Shown: positions 1 through 14,729 of the stretch, piece after piece
How the letters are laid out: each line of letters opens with the position of its first letter
Position numbering within the stretch: the stretch's first letter is position 1
Assembly (NCBI RefSeq): GCF_009914755.1
Contig: NC_060935.1
Direction: 5' to 3' (one strand)
Origin: the human T2T-CHM13v2.0 reference genome, Homo sapiens
DNA: 64,000 nt
Position numbers and translations under genes: made by a program
Notes under the pieces: generated by a model
Told to the model about the DNA's origin: nothing
The model's database searches: none
What the model saw: the letters and a program-made list of their open reading frames with translations, nothing else

Positions 1-819
1 GGAATTTTGGGGTCACTAGGCAGTAGGGGAAGTGACCTTTGTAAATTAGGACACAGCTGAGGGCCAAGGTTGGATGCTATTTCTGTAGTTTTCCTGAATT
101 TGGAAAATTGATTTCTTTGCCAGTGTGATGATGCCTTGGGCATCTCTGATTAATTAAACCCCTCTAGGCCACTATTGTGACTCATCTTGTGGACTTCTGT
201 GTAACATACCATTGAATAAACTAGAGGATCTTGAAAAAAGTTTGTGATGGTCCTTATTATGTATAGCTTATTTGGGCCACAAATGTTGGAAAAGAGCTTC
301 CATTTAAGATGGATGCTGGCTACCAATGGTGTGGGGTTGGGAGATGTGATTGGAGAAGGGTGGATAAGGTTGTAGGATGAATTCAAGGCATCCAGCAACT
401 GCTTTCAAAACACTGTTGTCTGTAGTGATAGAAATGTTAGTCTGTGTTGCTTAGAAGGGCAGCCTATCTTAGAGAAGCTTTTATTCTTCAAATGCTAATT
501 TAAGCACAGCGTGGTTTCCCAAGTATAAATACAGATTTAGTGTGTACTCTACCCTACTCAATATACGATCGTGTATCTGCAAAAGCCACCTTGTTCTCAG
601 TCTCACATTGCTGGGTGCAGACAAGAACCGTCAGCCTTACAGTTCCGATTTTTCTTGGGATAAAGATTGTTTTCTAGGGACCAAAGGGACCATTACAGCT
701 TTTGTGATCATAAGTAAAAATTTTTTACATTTCTTTTAATGTACAAAGCCCCTTCGATCCACGGTTTCATATGCTCCTCTCTAGAAATCCTGGAAGGTAG
801 GCATGGGTTATTTTTTTTT

Positions 820-1105
820 TTCAGATGGGGAAGATGAGCTCAGAAATAGCAAGTGGGAGCCAGGTGCCATGGTGATTAGTAACATAGTCTCCAGGGTCTG
901 GCAGAACTGGGTTCAAATGGGAGCTTTACCCTTTATTGCCGATGTGACCTTCTGCAAGTTAACAGATTCCTCTGCTCTTCAGTTCCATTTTCTGTATAGT
1001 GAGGATAGTAATTTCTAGTCTATATGGATCACTGCAAGATTAAATAAAATAAGCCATGTTAAGCATTCAGTACAGTGTTGGCACATAGAAAGTCCTCAGC
1101 AAATG
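820..1105. mobile_element. MIR SINE remnants
   Basis: 'cagatggggaagatgagctcaga' and 'ctctgctcttcagttccattttctgtatagtgaggatagtaat...agcattcagtacagtgttggcacatag' resemble MIR core and 3' segments; boundaries approximate. Confidence 0.6.
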
Positions 1106-2249
1106 CAGAAACTGAATAATATGTTCAAGGACAAAACTATGGTAAGTTACAAAAGAGGACTAGAGTTAGAGTCTGACTCGGAGCCAAGTGTGTTTTTTAC
1201 TCCATCATACAGCCTATCTCAAGACTCTCTGTGGGGAGTGAATTCGTTCCTGTTGGAACAATCTAGAATCTCTCCTTTGTGGTAGCTGTACATTTGAAAT
1301 GTACTGATTCTGCCACCTTGGGGCATCTTTAGGACAGAAAGAATGCAAAAGGGGAGAACACATTCTGAGTGTCAGGTACTACTGTGTGTCAGGTAGCCTT
1401 ACAATATTGTCTCATTTTATCATGACACTCTCACTCATCATAAAGATAAGGAACAGGAAGCTCAAGTAGATAGTTTTCCCCAGGTCAGGCAGAGCTGCCC
1501 GATACCAAAGACATCTTTCTGCTGCTCCAGCTAAGGGCTACAAAAAAGGCCCAAGAGACAAGTTTGGGCCGAGAAGGTGTGGGCTGTATTTGGTTTGCCT
1601 GCCTGTTCAAGACTCCTTCCTCAGTCTGACTCCCTGGACTATTTCGAGGCTGCCATGTCATTTCAGTCCCCCTCAAAGAGCCCTGAAGAATGTGCAGAGG
1701 AAAAAAGAAACCCAAAGAAATCTATTATTGGCACTCGCCCTTGATTTGTTATTATGACGTCCATCCTGCAAAGAAGTGTTTATACCCTTATAAGGTTCCT
1801 AGCATCAATTTAACTGTGTTATCTCCCAGTAGATGGTACAAAATGCAATCTCAGTAGCATACGGCAGAGAGAGGTGGGAGAGTTTCTTGGCTGAGGAATG
1901 AGAGAGAAATTAAAAAGGGCCTACTATGCTGAGTCACTAAGGCAAAGCAGCTTACTATGGACCACATTCAGGCCTGAGCCAAGACACAGCAGCGAGTCAG
2001 TTACTGGTTAGGGCCGCTGAGATGGTTCTTCATTGGGAACGCATCTTCTGAGAAGCTGCAGCCAAAAAAAGGGGGAAAAACGCCAACATCCTGAACATTT
2101 TAAGTTCATCGGTTATATTTTTATACAGTTAAATCAAGTACAAAAACAGAAAAAAAAGAAAGTCATGTTTCCACCAGCTTTCCTTGAGCCTCCCCCAACA
2201 CACGCTCACCAGCCGGATGAGTTAGTTCTCCTCCCTTTGTCCTCATAAT

Positions 2250-2500
2250 AATCCATTTAGAATTACTGGGAGTTGTTCACAGGCCAGACACTGAGCCCAG
2301 AGCATCCAGTGCTTTATCTCATTTAATTATTGCAAATATCTCATGTGGGTAGGTGCATTCCCATTTTTGAAATGAGGAAACTAATGCTTAGAGATGGTGT
2401 GTAGTTTCAGAGCCAGAGAGTTACACAGCCAGAATCAGAATCAGATGCTTTCTAACCCCAGAGATGGAATTCTTAACAGCTGGTCACTACTATTTCACCA
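2250..2500 (-). mobile_element. MIR SINE
   Basis: 'atctcatttaat...cccatttttgaaatgaggaaactaatgcttagagatggt' is the reverse MIR core. Confidence 0.65.
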
Positions 2501-2539
2501 ATACCAAAAGCTAAGAGGGACAAGAAATCTTTCAGTTCA

Positions 2540-2715
2540 GGAGTCCCAAACCTGGCTTATTATCAGAATAACTTGGTGAGCTTAAAGCAAAACTAAAAAA
2601 TGAAACAAAGCAAAAAAGATGCTTGTTTAGAAGGTTTATGTTGGACCCTGGAAATTTAAATTTATTGAATCCCCCGCCCTCAGGTGATTCTAATCAAACC
2701 TAAGTTGGAAAACTT
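2540..2715. mobile_element. MER5A-like hAT-Charlie MITE
   Basis: 'tcccaaacctggc...atcagaataacttggtgagctt...caggtgattctaat...aagttggaaaact' follows the MER5 pattern. Confidence 0.55.
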
Positions 2716-4879
2716 TGGTCTCATCTATCCTGTTTCTTAAAAAGCAGCAGCTTAAAATAATAGCACTTTGCCTACAGAAGTACATCAATTTGATGGTAAA
2801 CCAGAACTTGATCCTTGGTCATCTTCTCGTATTACCATGTCCATCAATCGATTAATGAACCAGCAAGATAGGTGGCCAAGTCATTAATTCTGTGAACTAG
2901 AGGATGTGCCTTGCCTTATTTTCAGGGAGAGGGTACTGGGATATTAGTGAGGACTAGATTCATTAGGGAAGGTTCTTGGATGGGATAGACCTACATTCAC
3001 CAATGTTAAATTAACATTCCAGGATCTTCATTCTCAATAAGTAAGATTTGGAGAGTTGCAGAATTGTGAATAAAATACGGGGTATTTTCAGAAAGAGAGA
3101 GAAGAATTGCCGTGAGGACTTACCATTTTGTTTACTGCCCAGAATCTGAAGTGCCTTTCCATATTTGGTGATTTTGCTCTGTGTTAATCTATGGAAGTGG
3201 AAGAGGCTTTATAGATACTTTCACTCTTTGCGTTTGGAAGCTGGTATATAGACATGGTGGACAATTAGATACTCCCAACCAGATTGTACATCTAATCAAC
3301 TGATATTTGGAATTCAATTGGGTGACTGAAGTCAGGCATCCAAGGTCCAGCAGTGGGCAGAGGTTGTGTCCAGTGTCTAAGCAGGCTATTTCTGTGATGC
3401 ACCCTCGGCTGTGGACATGGCCACTTAGTTTCCCTCAGCTCCTGCCCCTTGCTCAAACCAGGCTCTCCAGCCTCCTCACTAAGTCTGGGAGCCACTCAAT
3501 GGCCGGCCAAAAATTTTCTTCACTGCTTCACTTAGCCAGAATCAGTTTATATCCTTTGCAACAAAGAATCTTGGCCCATGTGCCTTTCCACACATGGCTC
3601 CCTACTGGCTCCCTGCTAGAATTTCTCAACAATTTTCTGTTTAACTTATTCCGACATTTTCCCTAACAACAATGCACTGAAGAGGTCATTTTAAAGTGCT
3701 TCATTATAGTATGTCTTTATTTGTGAGGCATCTATCACCATAACTTCAGTTTTCAAAGATGAGGAAACTGGAGCTATTAGAAATAAGTAAGAACACCTGT
3801 GTTCAGATCCTTATTGTGATACTTCTCTCTGGGATTTTAGGAGAATCTTATTACCTCTCTCAGTCTTCATTTGCTTGTCTTTGAAAGGAAGACAGTGATC
3901 ACTTATTTCCCAGGGTTGCTGGGAGGATGAAATGTATGGCAAAAATAATCTAAATGTTATAAAACATATCTTAAATAAAAGTTATTATTATCACTGTGAC
4001 TTTATCCCCCAGATAACCCTGTGCATTTTAATTCACTTTAAATTCACTGTATTTCAAAGGGATGAAAATTACAGCCTGAAAACCCTCCCATCCTAGAGGA
4101 CATTCAAGCCAACATGTAAAAATTGATTTTCAACAAAATTGGTTTTCAACTGCATTTTGATTCCAGTTCTGTTGATGGTTCATTTTGGGGGTCCCTGATA
4201 GAGTATTTTATCTGAGTTATGGCTATTTTACAGGAACACTGGGCTGAAGGCATCTCTTCTGAGAAAGATGAGCCAGTACTGACTCCAGTGGTTTGGGCAT
4301 TTTCCCTAAAACATGTTGGGAGTGGGAAGAAAAATGATCTCTTTTAATTGGAAGGCTCATGAGGCCTGACCTACCAGAAACAATGAAGCTATCACTTAGA
4401 ATACTTGTCAATGGTGAGGGCTCCAGAAGCTCCCCCTAGATGAAATGCCAAGGGCTTAATGGGCAGCAGAGGAGTGTTGGGCTCTTCCCTTGATACTGAA
4501 GGGAGGAAATGCCTTTCTGGGCAAAGAGGCCTTTTCTGGAGAAACAATCCTGCTGTATGCCTGGCTGGTGCTATGATGGCCATTTTTCATTTAGAATCTA
4601 AGGGACTGATATTAAGCTCTCCCAAGAAAGATAGGGAAGTTTGGCCTTTTCCTTATTCCCTCCATGTCCAGAGCAGGGAATAACTGGATTTTCTGTTTAT
4701 GGAAAGCTCTTTTGAGCTATGCACTTTCCCCATGCCTTTCGGGCTGCAGATCCTTCTGAGTACCTTCCAGAAACTAAAATACAATATGTATCTGTTTCCA
4801 TACCTGTCCTTTCTTCCTTCTCCTAATTCTATGACACCTTCTCACTGTGACATCTCAGAGGTAAAGATGTTATTCTTCT

Positions 4880-5440
4880 TATCAAGGGCTGACCATTGCC
4901 CTTGGTCTTGACTCTATCATTTCCTACGTGTCCTATCTTCATCTCCTTTCTTCCCTGCTTTTCTAACTCTTTAATATCTTCCTTTATTTTGCCTCTATCT
5001 CCACAAACTATAAATTCACTGCAAGGTTCTTTTGTCTTAAAAATCACCTTTCTCTTGACCCTGTGTTCCCTTCTAGCTCCCATCACTTTAGCTTTCCTTT
5101 ACAGTCAAGCAACTGAGAGTTACCTCCACTCCCTGTCATACTCCCTCACTTCATTCAGCTTTTTATGACTGTTCTCTCTGGCTCCCACTTTTCTACCACC
5201 TCATTGAAACTACACTTCCTCAGTTTATCAATCACCAGTTCAGTTGATCCTTTCAGTTCCAATCCTAGTGAAGACTGAAGCATTTGAGTGTGGTGACCTT
5301 TCTCTCCTCCTTAAAACTTTCTTCTTTTTATCATTTCCTTGACACTTCCTCCTTCTTTTCCTCCAACTTCCACGATATGCTTTCTCATTATCTTGCACTG
5401 TCTGTCTATTTTCCTTTTCCTAGCCCCCTTAAATATGTTG
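4880..5440 (+). mobile_element. L2 LINE fragment
   Basis: Pyrimidine-rich, L2 ORF2-like: 'cattgaaactac...atcaatcacc...gcatttgagtgtggtgacctttctctcctccttaaaact'. Confidence 0.6.
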
Positions 5441-5444
5441 CCCA

Positions 5445-5935
5445 AATGTGACAAGTGACAGCTAAATTTTGTTCAGCTCTTAGGAATAGAGATCTATTGA
5501 TTTTAGAGAAGGCAGGTTCCTACCTCAGATCTGAGGTAACATCATGATAGGTCTAAGAAGGAATATTAATCCCAGTTTCCTTCACTAGTGAATTATTTTT
5601 TCATATGATCAGACAGAATCTCACAAAGTAAAAATTTTTTCTGTGCTTAATATTCTTTCCTTGAACCTGGCTGGGTGAGGGCATGGAGTTCAGGCTATGG
5701 CAGCCATCTTGAGACCATGAAGCAACAAGCCTGGGGGCAAAAAGTCAACACGCAGAAAATGGCAGAATAAAAAATAGAAGGAGGCTGAGTCCTTGATGAC
5801 ATCATTGAACTCTGGACTAACCTCAGAACCAACTAACTCCATGATTCCAACTATGCAAGATCATTACAGGGCTTTATTAATACATTAAGCTATTGGATTT
5901 TTGGCTACTTGCAGCTGAATGCATCCTAACATCCC
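5445..5935 (+). mobile_element. Old MaLR LTR (MLT1H-N type)
   Basis: 'catgataggtctaag', 'ggcagccatcttgagaccatga' and terminal 'tacttgcagctgaatgcatcctaac' are typical of old MLT1 LTRs. Confidence 0.6.
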
Positions 5936-6399
5936 TGGCTTAAATTATCCCCTGTACCCTGATGACTTCCAAATGTGTAACTCCAGCCAATTTCTGCATG
6001 AAGTAAGGTATTAAGTAATTACTATGTATCAGGCGCTATTCTCGACACATTACATGTTTTAATTCATCTTTGCCACAATCCTAAAATGAATGTCTTATTA
6101 TTATCATTATTTTACAGGTGGGGAAACTGAGCCAAAGAGACTTAACTTGCCTGAAATCATAGAGCTATTACAGGTCAAAGCCACAATTTGAACCCAGTGG
6201 TCTGACTCCGGAGCCTGAGTTCTTGAGCATTATAATCTGCTTCCCACTGCCAGAGTTCAAATGTTAAAAAGTGCTTCTTTTTACAGATGCTTAATCTTCC
6301 CCCTTATTTTTTTCACCTTGGTTGGTGGTCTGCTTATTCAGAATGTTTCTTCTGTCTTCCTCCTGTTAGCTCTTCAAATATTGGAAGAATCTCTCTTGT

Positions 6400-6700
6400 T
6401 TTTCTTCTCTTCTCCAGGCTAAAGGACACCTCAGAAACAATTACTAGAATCGTTCCTCAGATATTGGGGTTTTCAGACCACTTACCATTACCCTTTAGTC
6501 TAGACACACTCTAGTTTATTTCTGTCTCTTTTTAAAAAGGGATGCTTCTCACTGGACATAACACTAAATACACATGTGGTCTGATCAGTGAAGAGCCAGT
6601 GGGATAATCACATCTCACAAATTCCAAATAGAGACATTTACTAATTAATGACCACTTACTTGTGCTAAACCCCACGAGAGGTGTTGTATGCACACCAAAG
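6400..6700 (-). mobile_element. L3/CR1 LINE fragment
   Basis: 'ctagacacactctagtttatttctgtctctttttaaaa...acactaaatacacatgtggtctgatcagtg' resembles reverse CR1 3' ORF2. Confidence 0.5.
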
Positions 6701-8143
6701 CTTCTCAAATTTTCTACTGACATGCCCTGAAGACAGAAAAAGTGAATGTGTATTCCTAAGAAACAAAGGGCATAGACCATGCAGAAGTTGTTTGCTGTCT
6801 TGAAAGTTCTATACCATTTTGAGCTTTAAAAATGGCATCGGATTTTTCTTTCTACTCAGTAATAGCTCCCTGTTTGGCTTAATGTAAAAATAGGTTGTAA
6901 ATGATTTGCCATTGAGTAAAATAGAAACACTGGGAACATGCCTTGTGTTTATGCCATGGCCTCCCATACTCCCAATCATACTGCCAAATACTCCTAGGAA
7001 TTTGCCAACCTAATCTGAGAAGTGTGGCCATACATTATCTTTATTACTTACAACAACCAGGCAAGAGAAGCCTATTTGGGGACAGCTCAAGAACACAGGC
7101 TCAGAAGTAGTTTGCCCGAGTTCTCCAAGGTAGTAAGTTGGACTTGGCTTTGAATCTAGATCTGTCCAGCTCCTTTCCACTACACTCTGGGCTGCCTTTG
7201 TAGATAATATGTATGAGTATATATCTGAGAATCTAACTTTAGTCTTCTGTAAAGCAGAGAATTCCACTCTTGAACACTTTTGTGCCAGCCTGATTCACAA
7301 ACACAAACATTCTTCCATTAGCTCAGCCCAAGCTGGTGTGTGGAACTGCTGGCTGTTGTCCACCTTGGAGCCTGTTTCCTAGGATCTGCTGCAAGGATTC
7401 TGTATGGTGAGAAATTTAATTTTTGGATCCAAATGCTGGACTTGATGTTTATCTCTGCTACCTTTCCTTCATGCCATCTGTTTGAGCTTGTCTAGGTAGT
7501 TTTGAATCCTAATTTGGTGAATAAACCTGCTTCCTTAACCTCATGATAGGAATTGCATCTCCATTGCTCCAGGAAGTTTTCTAGAGGCCATCTTAGACTA
7601 CAGAACTATTAGGTAAATTTCCTACTGAAGCACCATTAAAGACAAGTGTGTATGTGTCTGTGTGGTTTTCAGAATTGAAAACTACCTGTCTCTAGCAAAG
7701 CAGGATTTGACATTCCCTCCTCATTCTTCTCAATGCTGACAATGAAGAAGCGTTCCTGGTGATTCTGAGAATATAAGATGTCAGGGAATGGGTGGGGCTA
7801 AAAATCTAAGCACCCAAGCCCTGTTTGCACCTTCCCTGAAATTTAGCAAAGAGAACTTTTTATGACAAAATCTGCCCTTCTGTGTTCTCCATGGTCCTCT
7901 GCGACCCCTCTCCTCTTTGGCATCTTTCCGGAGGGCTGCTCCCTAACTGCTTCACCCTTCTCCACTAGTCCTTTCCTTGCCACCAGCACAGTGTCTGGGT
8001 CACTGCCTCCATGACAGCTCCTACACTACCATCAAAACCAAGAGCTTGAGGAAGGTAGAACAGGACAGCCAGACATGTCTACAGTAAATGCAGCTTCATT
8101 AGAGCCCACACTTACCTTTTAACAAATGGGAAAGGTGAGGGCC

Positions 8144-8883
<740 letters not shown>

Positions 8884-9672
8884 AGTCTACCCCTTATCAA
8901 CTTGAACCCATACACATCTCCTGAGATCATACATAATATTCAAATAAAGATAATCATAGGTCATAATTATGCCTAACATAATACAACTATCCTTTGCACA
9001 ATTGGAAATGCATCTATCCCCAATCCAAATGCTATCACATAAAGTTAACAACACTTAAATGCTGATATGAAGTCAATAAATCTTATGCCACATGATAATG
9101 GAAAAAGGAAATAAAATGAAGATTTTTTCTTAATACAACTGTATACATGCACAAACATCTTTTTAACAAAAGAAGGAGTAAAGACTCATGATAATTACAG
9201 TCCTCATTTCTGCAGCTGGTCACGTGGTCTTAGCTGGTATTGATGACTACCTTCTTCTACTACCTATTCTGTATTACCTTTGCCTTCAGTAAGCACCTCA
9301 GTACGTCATGGATTTTTCCTGGTAGAGTGACCCAAACTTTCATTCCTGAAGGGTCTGGGTCATTTGTAGTTCTGCCTGGATTGAGCCGTTGTAATTTCCC
9401 ATTGACCTTAATCAACAGGGCATGGTAATATTAAGAGACGCCTCAAGGGATCTCCTGTATTCCATGCATACTCTTCCTTACCTCAACTGTGGAGTATTAG
9501 ACTGATTTCATCTTAATAGTCTGGGTCAGTCACTCCAGCCAACACTGTAACTCCCTTCTTAGCCTGCTGACTTAAAGGTAGGAGGAGTCCAAAGTGTCCA
9601 GGTGGCAATCTTAGGACTGATAGGCCATTCTACTGTTCTATCAATCCAGCTGCTTCAGGATGATGGGGAACA
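8884..9672 (-). mobile_element. HERV-L internal remnant (PPT, degenerate dUTPase, short integrase piece)
   Basis: Minus-strand translation gives RLPPGHFGLLLPLSQQAKKGVTVLAGVTDPDY*DEI (ERV-L dUTPase) and VPHHPEAAGLIEQ*NG (integrase core); purine tract 'ttgataaggggtagact' abuts the LTR. Confidence 0.88.
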
Positions 9673-11995
9673 GGGCCAGAGAGAAGTAGTAGAATGGAGA
9701 GAGAAATAAATGACAGAATGAAATTAAATTGCAGGCTCCCTGATCAGTGGTTAAATCAGCTAACCCAGCAAAACTGGTCTGCACTGTCAAGGGCAAAACA
9801 GGACTCTGTTTCCTTATATTTATCCAGAAGAACTTCTTTCTTTTCTAATGAAAGCAGGGGAAATAGTTAGAAGCAACGATGAGGTCCAATGGCAGGGTGC
9901 AGAAAGGGTGGGAGGGATAAAATGTTTCTTTCCTTAGAGAGAATACCCAGATCAAAGAAAACAGTTGCCTCAGCATCTTGGGTAAGGACGTTTTCATAGC
10001 CCTGGGCATAACCATAGCAGCTATCCTTGATGACCAAGGAAACCCTGTAACTGATTGAGCCCTGCTCTGTTAGTCAGCTGTCTGTTCTTGTAGATCAGAC
10101 AATGGAACAGATGAAGGGCAATGGTATAGGCTTGTGCTTCCCACTGTTTCCAATGCTAGCAGTACTGAGCCTAGGTGAGCCTCTCACCTCCCCACATCCC
10201 TTGGCAATGCACCAGTTGCATTGACCTAGCTTGTTCACTGGCCTTGACCTCCAGCACTGTGCATTTTCCATTGTACCAATCTGGTTTCTACTAGATGTCT
10301 GAAGATCCTGAAGGTTAAGCCATTAGAAAAGGTCTTTTAGTAAGGAAGCAGGATTAGGTAGTACTGCTTTAAACTACTTGGTTAAACTTTTTGGTTTTAA
10401 ATCCCACTTTATCCTTATAGCTACAGAACCCTTGGCAAGTTATCTACCCTTTTTAATCTTCCACTCTCTCAGCTATAAAATAGGGATAATAACTAAGACA
10501 CCTGGGGTTCTGGAGATGACCAAATAAAATAACACACATAAAGCAATTGGTGCTATAGCAAGTGCTCAGTAAATGTTAGCCATTGGTAACATGCAATTAA
10601 CAACTCATTTTCCTTTCCCAAGTAGTGTGAGATGAAAATGGGAAATATATTGAAGCCTATGTGATTTTGCATATGGGATAATAAAAAAGCACTGGACTAG
10701 AAATCTACTCTGTTGTTGCCTTTCTGTCTCACCTGGGGAAAATCTCTTTTATTTCAGGCCTTAGTATTCCCATCTGTAAAATGAAGGCTCCCTGAGGTCC
10801 TTCTGTAACTTACATTTTATGCCCCAGTTTTTAGCGATGCAGCAAGCCATTGGGAATAGTATTCGAAGATTTAGAGTTAGTTATACATGCTGATCAGCAC
10901 TAAAAGCTGCCTATTTTCTTAGCCTCTCCCTTGAGCAAATGCATGAGTGGTGGGGGCAAGGGAGGGCCTGTGTTTGAAGCATGGGAGACATAAGAACATC
11001 TGATTCAAGAGTAGACTTTTTTTGTGTGGGGGGATGTGTGTGCATGTATTTTAAATTAGAAGTCCAACAGAGAGATGGGAAATGGAAATGGCTTTATTCT
11101 TATGATCAGAAAGTTAAGTGTGACAGAGTTATGACTAATTCACAGGTAACGCAAGCTCCAGAGGAGAGCACTCAGGAAATAGATTGGCATGTGTGCTATT
11201 TTTACTGCCTCCCTTCCTCCCTGGCTGTCCAGAGCCTCAAGTGAGCCTTACTCATGGGCAGGTGGGGAATTTCCTTGAGGTATCGAATGTGCTGATGTCG
11301 CTTTGTAGCCTAGTTATGTCATGAAAAGAGAGGTGGAGGAGCCAAGCAAAGGGTGCCTGGTAGGATGGAAGCAGAACTCAGAAAAACGTAATCCTTCATT
11401 GCCAAATTCTGTCTCTGAAGGTCTAAGCTCTGGAACATTATCTGGGTCTGTGCTGGGCATCTTTTGTGTCTGGGGATCTGGCCAGCATGCTTTCTTTCTG
11501 TCTCATTTGAGGTACTGCAGGCTTCTACACATTAGGTCAGAGAGCCATCAAACACTAGTGTGACCAGTGAGAAAAGAAGGGATCTAAGACCTATTAAGAG
11601 CCAGTGAGGCACCACACACTAGGCTTGTTGATTTACACACTTTCTCTCCTTAATCTTCACAATATCCTATGGGATGGGTGCGGTAGTTCCCATTTCAGTT
11701 GAGGAAACTAAGGTTCAGGGAGATTAAGGAGTTTGCCAAAGTTCAGGCAGCTAAGAGGTGGCAAACCTGGTATTTGAACCAAGATACATCTGATTTCAAA
11801 GTTTTTTTTTTTTGAGAAAACCACACTTTCATGTCAGCATCATATGTTCAGCCAAGAGTCAGGGGATAGACTTACCTTTCAGCCAATTCCTTACAACACT
11901 ACCCGTTTTACCTATTTTCCAGCTCCATTGCCTCCCTTGGTCCATACTGGAAGATCATTATGGAAAAGACCAAATCCAATAAGAATATATTCAAT

Positions 11996-12068
11996 CTGTA
12001 TCATGCAGACTAAACTTAAGTTTCTGACAATCCTGTGTCATGCAGACTAAACTTAAGTTTCTGACAAT
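11996..12068. repeat. Tandem duplication, 2 x 37 bp
   Basis: ctgt(a/g)tcatgcagactaaacttaagtttctgacaat occurs twice head-to-tail. Confidence 0.92.
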
Positions 12069-12329
12069 GCAAAGGCAAAGGAAGAATGTGAATCAATAAA
12101 TATTATATAAAGCATGAAAGAAACATGCCCAAGGGGAAGTATTATATTTTACAATGCAAATTCTTTGAGCAAGAATAGTAAATAGTGTATACCACAACTC
12201 CTACTCCTAAGCTCAAAACAGACATGATTAATTGATCACAGAACTCCTTCTCCCATAACCTGAGTGCAGCCTCAGAATTCTCAAATCCTCCTCAGGAAGC
12301 AGGCACCAATTAATTTGGAATCTCTTTAT

Positions 12330-12397
12330 CATTCTGTCTGACAGAGAAGCTATTCATTTCTTCACCATTCCTGTCTTACAGAGAAGCTATTCATTTC
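12330..12397. repeat. Imperfect tandem duplication, about 36-37 bp period
   Basis: cattctgtctgacagagaagctattcatttc versus cattcctgtcttacagagaagctattcatttc. Confidence 0.88.
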
Positions 12398-12899
12398 ACC
12401 TCAAAGAAGTAACACAATTTTCTTGGAAGAGGGTGTATTTGAGAAAGATCTTGAGAAATGAGCAGTATGGTAGTGGGTAGGGAATGGTCATCCTAAGGGG
12501 ACAGCATAAGCAAAGTTAGGGAGGCCAGGAGGGAGAAGAACTTAGGAATGACGAGTAATCTGGTATGAGTGTTTGTGTGTTAGGATAGGGGATGGGAATT
12601 GTAGTCCTTAGGAAAAAAAGAGAAGTTAAGTTGGATTAAAGTACAGAGGGCCTTGAAAATCATGTTAAGATAGCTATTCTTTCTTTCATAAGTTATAAAG
12701 CATCATGTTGAGATGTGTTCTAGAATAGCACTTCTGGCAGTACAGTGCAGAAAAGGTGAGAGAGGGTTCCACGAGGTGTAAGTATTTCAAAAATTCTAGA
12801 TAACAGAAAATAAAGGTCTGAATCAAAACAGTGGCAGTTGGGAAAAAAGGAAGGAAAGAGGGAAGGAAGGAAGGAAACAAGGAAGGGATGGAGGAAGCC

Positions 12900-13635
12900 A
12901 AGTATTTAACATGTATCTATCATGTGCCTGGCATTATTCAAGATTCTGGGATATAGTGGTGAACCTGACAGATAAAAATCCCTGGCCCTCATGTAGTTTC
13001 CATGGATGATACAAGTAATAAATAGTAAACAACAACTGAAAGATTAGGATTAATTAAGACAGAGATAAGTGTAATGAAGAAAATAAAACAGGGTGAAGTG
13101 CTAAGGAAGTGCCTGGAGGAGACAAGACAAGATTGGAAAACCAGAGAAGACTGACTGTGGAGGGGATATTTGGGCTGAGATCTGAATCGTATGAAGAAAC
13201 TAGCCATGCAAAAATCTAGGGAGTCAAAGGCCTTAAGGTGGAAGACACTTAAAGAGCTTTCAGAGCAGAAAAGATCCAGAGTGGCTGAAGCCTGGGGAGT
13301 AAAAGGAAGGTGATATGGGTGAGGCTGGAGATAACAGGGTTCCAGTTATTCTGAACTATCCAAGACTGTTCAGCAGCAGGATGCCTTCATTGCTTTATGT
13401 TTTGAAAAGAATAGACTAGAAATCAGTTAGGAGGCTATCTTAATAGTCTAGTCTAGAGCTGATGGTGGCTTGACCTAACATGGTAACCAAGGAGATGAAG
13501 AGAAGCATGCAAATTCAGGATATATGCTGGAAGTAGAAGTGATTGGAGTAGATTCAAAATTAAACATGGGAGTGGCAAGGAAAAAGAGGAATCAAGATTA
13601 ATTTGTAAGTATGGATTGAGAAACTAGGTGGATGA
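12900..13635 (-). mobile_element. L2 LINE 3' fragment
   Basis: 'agtatttaacatgtatctatcatgtgcctggcattattcaagattctgggatatagtggtgaac...' continuing through typical reverse L2 sequence. Confidence 0.75.
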
Positions 13636-14729
13636 AAAGAAAAAAAGGCAAAGAAGAGCATAATTACTACCTCTATACTATGTATACTATGTTTTACCCT
13701 GGATGGGTTTAACATTTAATACAGTGCGAGAAGTGCCATGTCACCGTTCTTGTTTTACAAGGAATCTTTATGGTTTTTTCAGAGCCCAGGAGGTATTGCA
13801 TGAAAGAGCACAGAAGGAAATGCTAGAAATAAGAATGACCTTATTCCATTCTCATACACTGCTAAGGTAAAGTACATGGTTATAGTATTTCTGAAGAGCT
13901 ATTTGGCAAACGATATCAAAAGCTATAAAAGTGTTTACATCTCATTGGCTAAGAAATTCAATTCATGGAATAGATCCTAAGACAACACTTAGAGAAAAGC
14001 ATAACTATTAAGAACATATGTTAATGTCAACATTACTTATGAGAACAAATGGAAACATCCTAAATGCCCAACAATAGATGATTGCCTGAAAAATTGTCAT
14101 ATATTCATGTTATATTAGATAACTGTTACAAAAATGAAATTTTAGTGGAATAATTAATGATGAGAAATGCAAAAGCAGAGTACAGAACTATAAAATGATC
14201 TCTATTCTGTAAATAAGCATATAGGTGAGAATAGGGAAAAAAAACCTATCATCTTACCAGCTGGTATTACTATTTCTCTGGGTTAAAGTACTGCAGACAT
14301 TTAGAAGCTGTGCTTTGATAAGTTGCTTGGATGGGTGTAAGACCCCCAAGGTTATACTCAAGTAATAAACCATAATCCCTAAACTCTTCTGCTTTCTAAA
14401 GAGGTGCATTCTATTGATTGTAGGATTTGCTGAGCAGAAGATAGAGAAAATATGCACATCTGCCGGTAGCACAGCATTGTTTTGCATAAGTGAGAGAGGG
14501 CAGTTAGGAAATCTACCATGTCACATAGGAGAGAGGAAGGAGAGAGAGAAAGGACATCTGGAAGGTGGTGGTTGGGTGAGGGATCACAGTGAGAAGGGAA
14601 CTTTGGCAAAATGTTTAAGTGGTGTTGTCAGGTTGTTTGCTGTAAGCTTTTTGTTGTACATCCTCTCTTCCATGTCCCTTAAGGTATCTTCAGTAAATTA
14701 TCTGTTTTTCACTAATTAGATTGGACATC

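Noticed and set aside
11996-12397. ~37-bp repeats as a CRISPR-like array
   Set aside because: Only two adjacent copies each, no spacers, no cas genes, primate DNA
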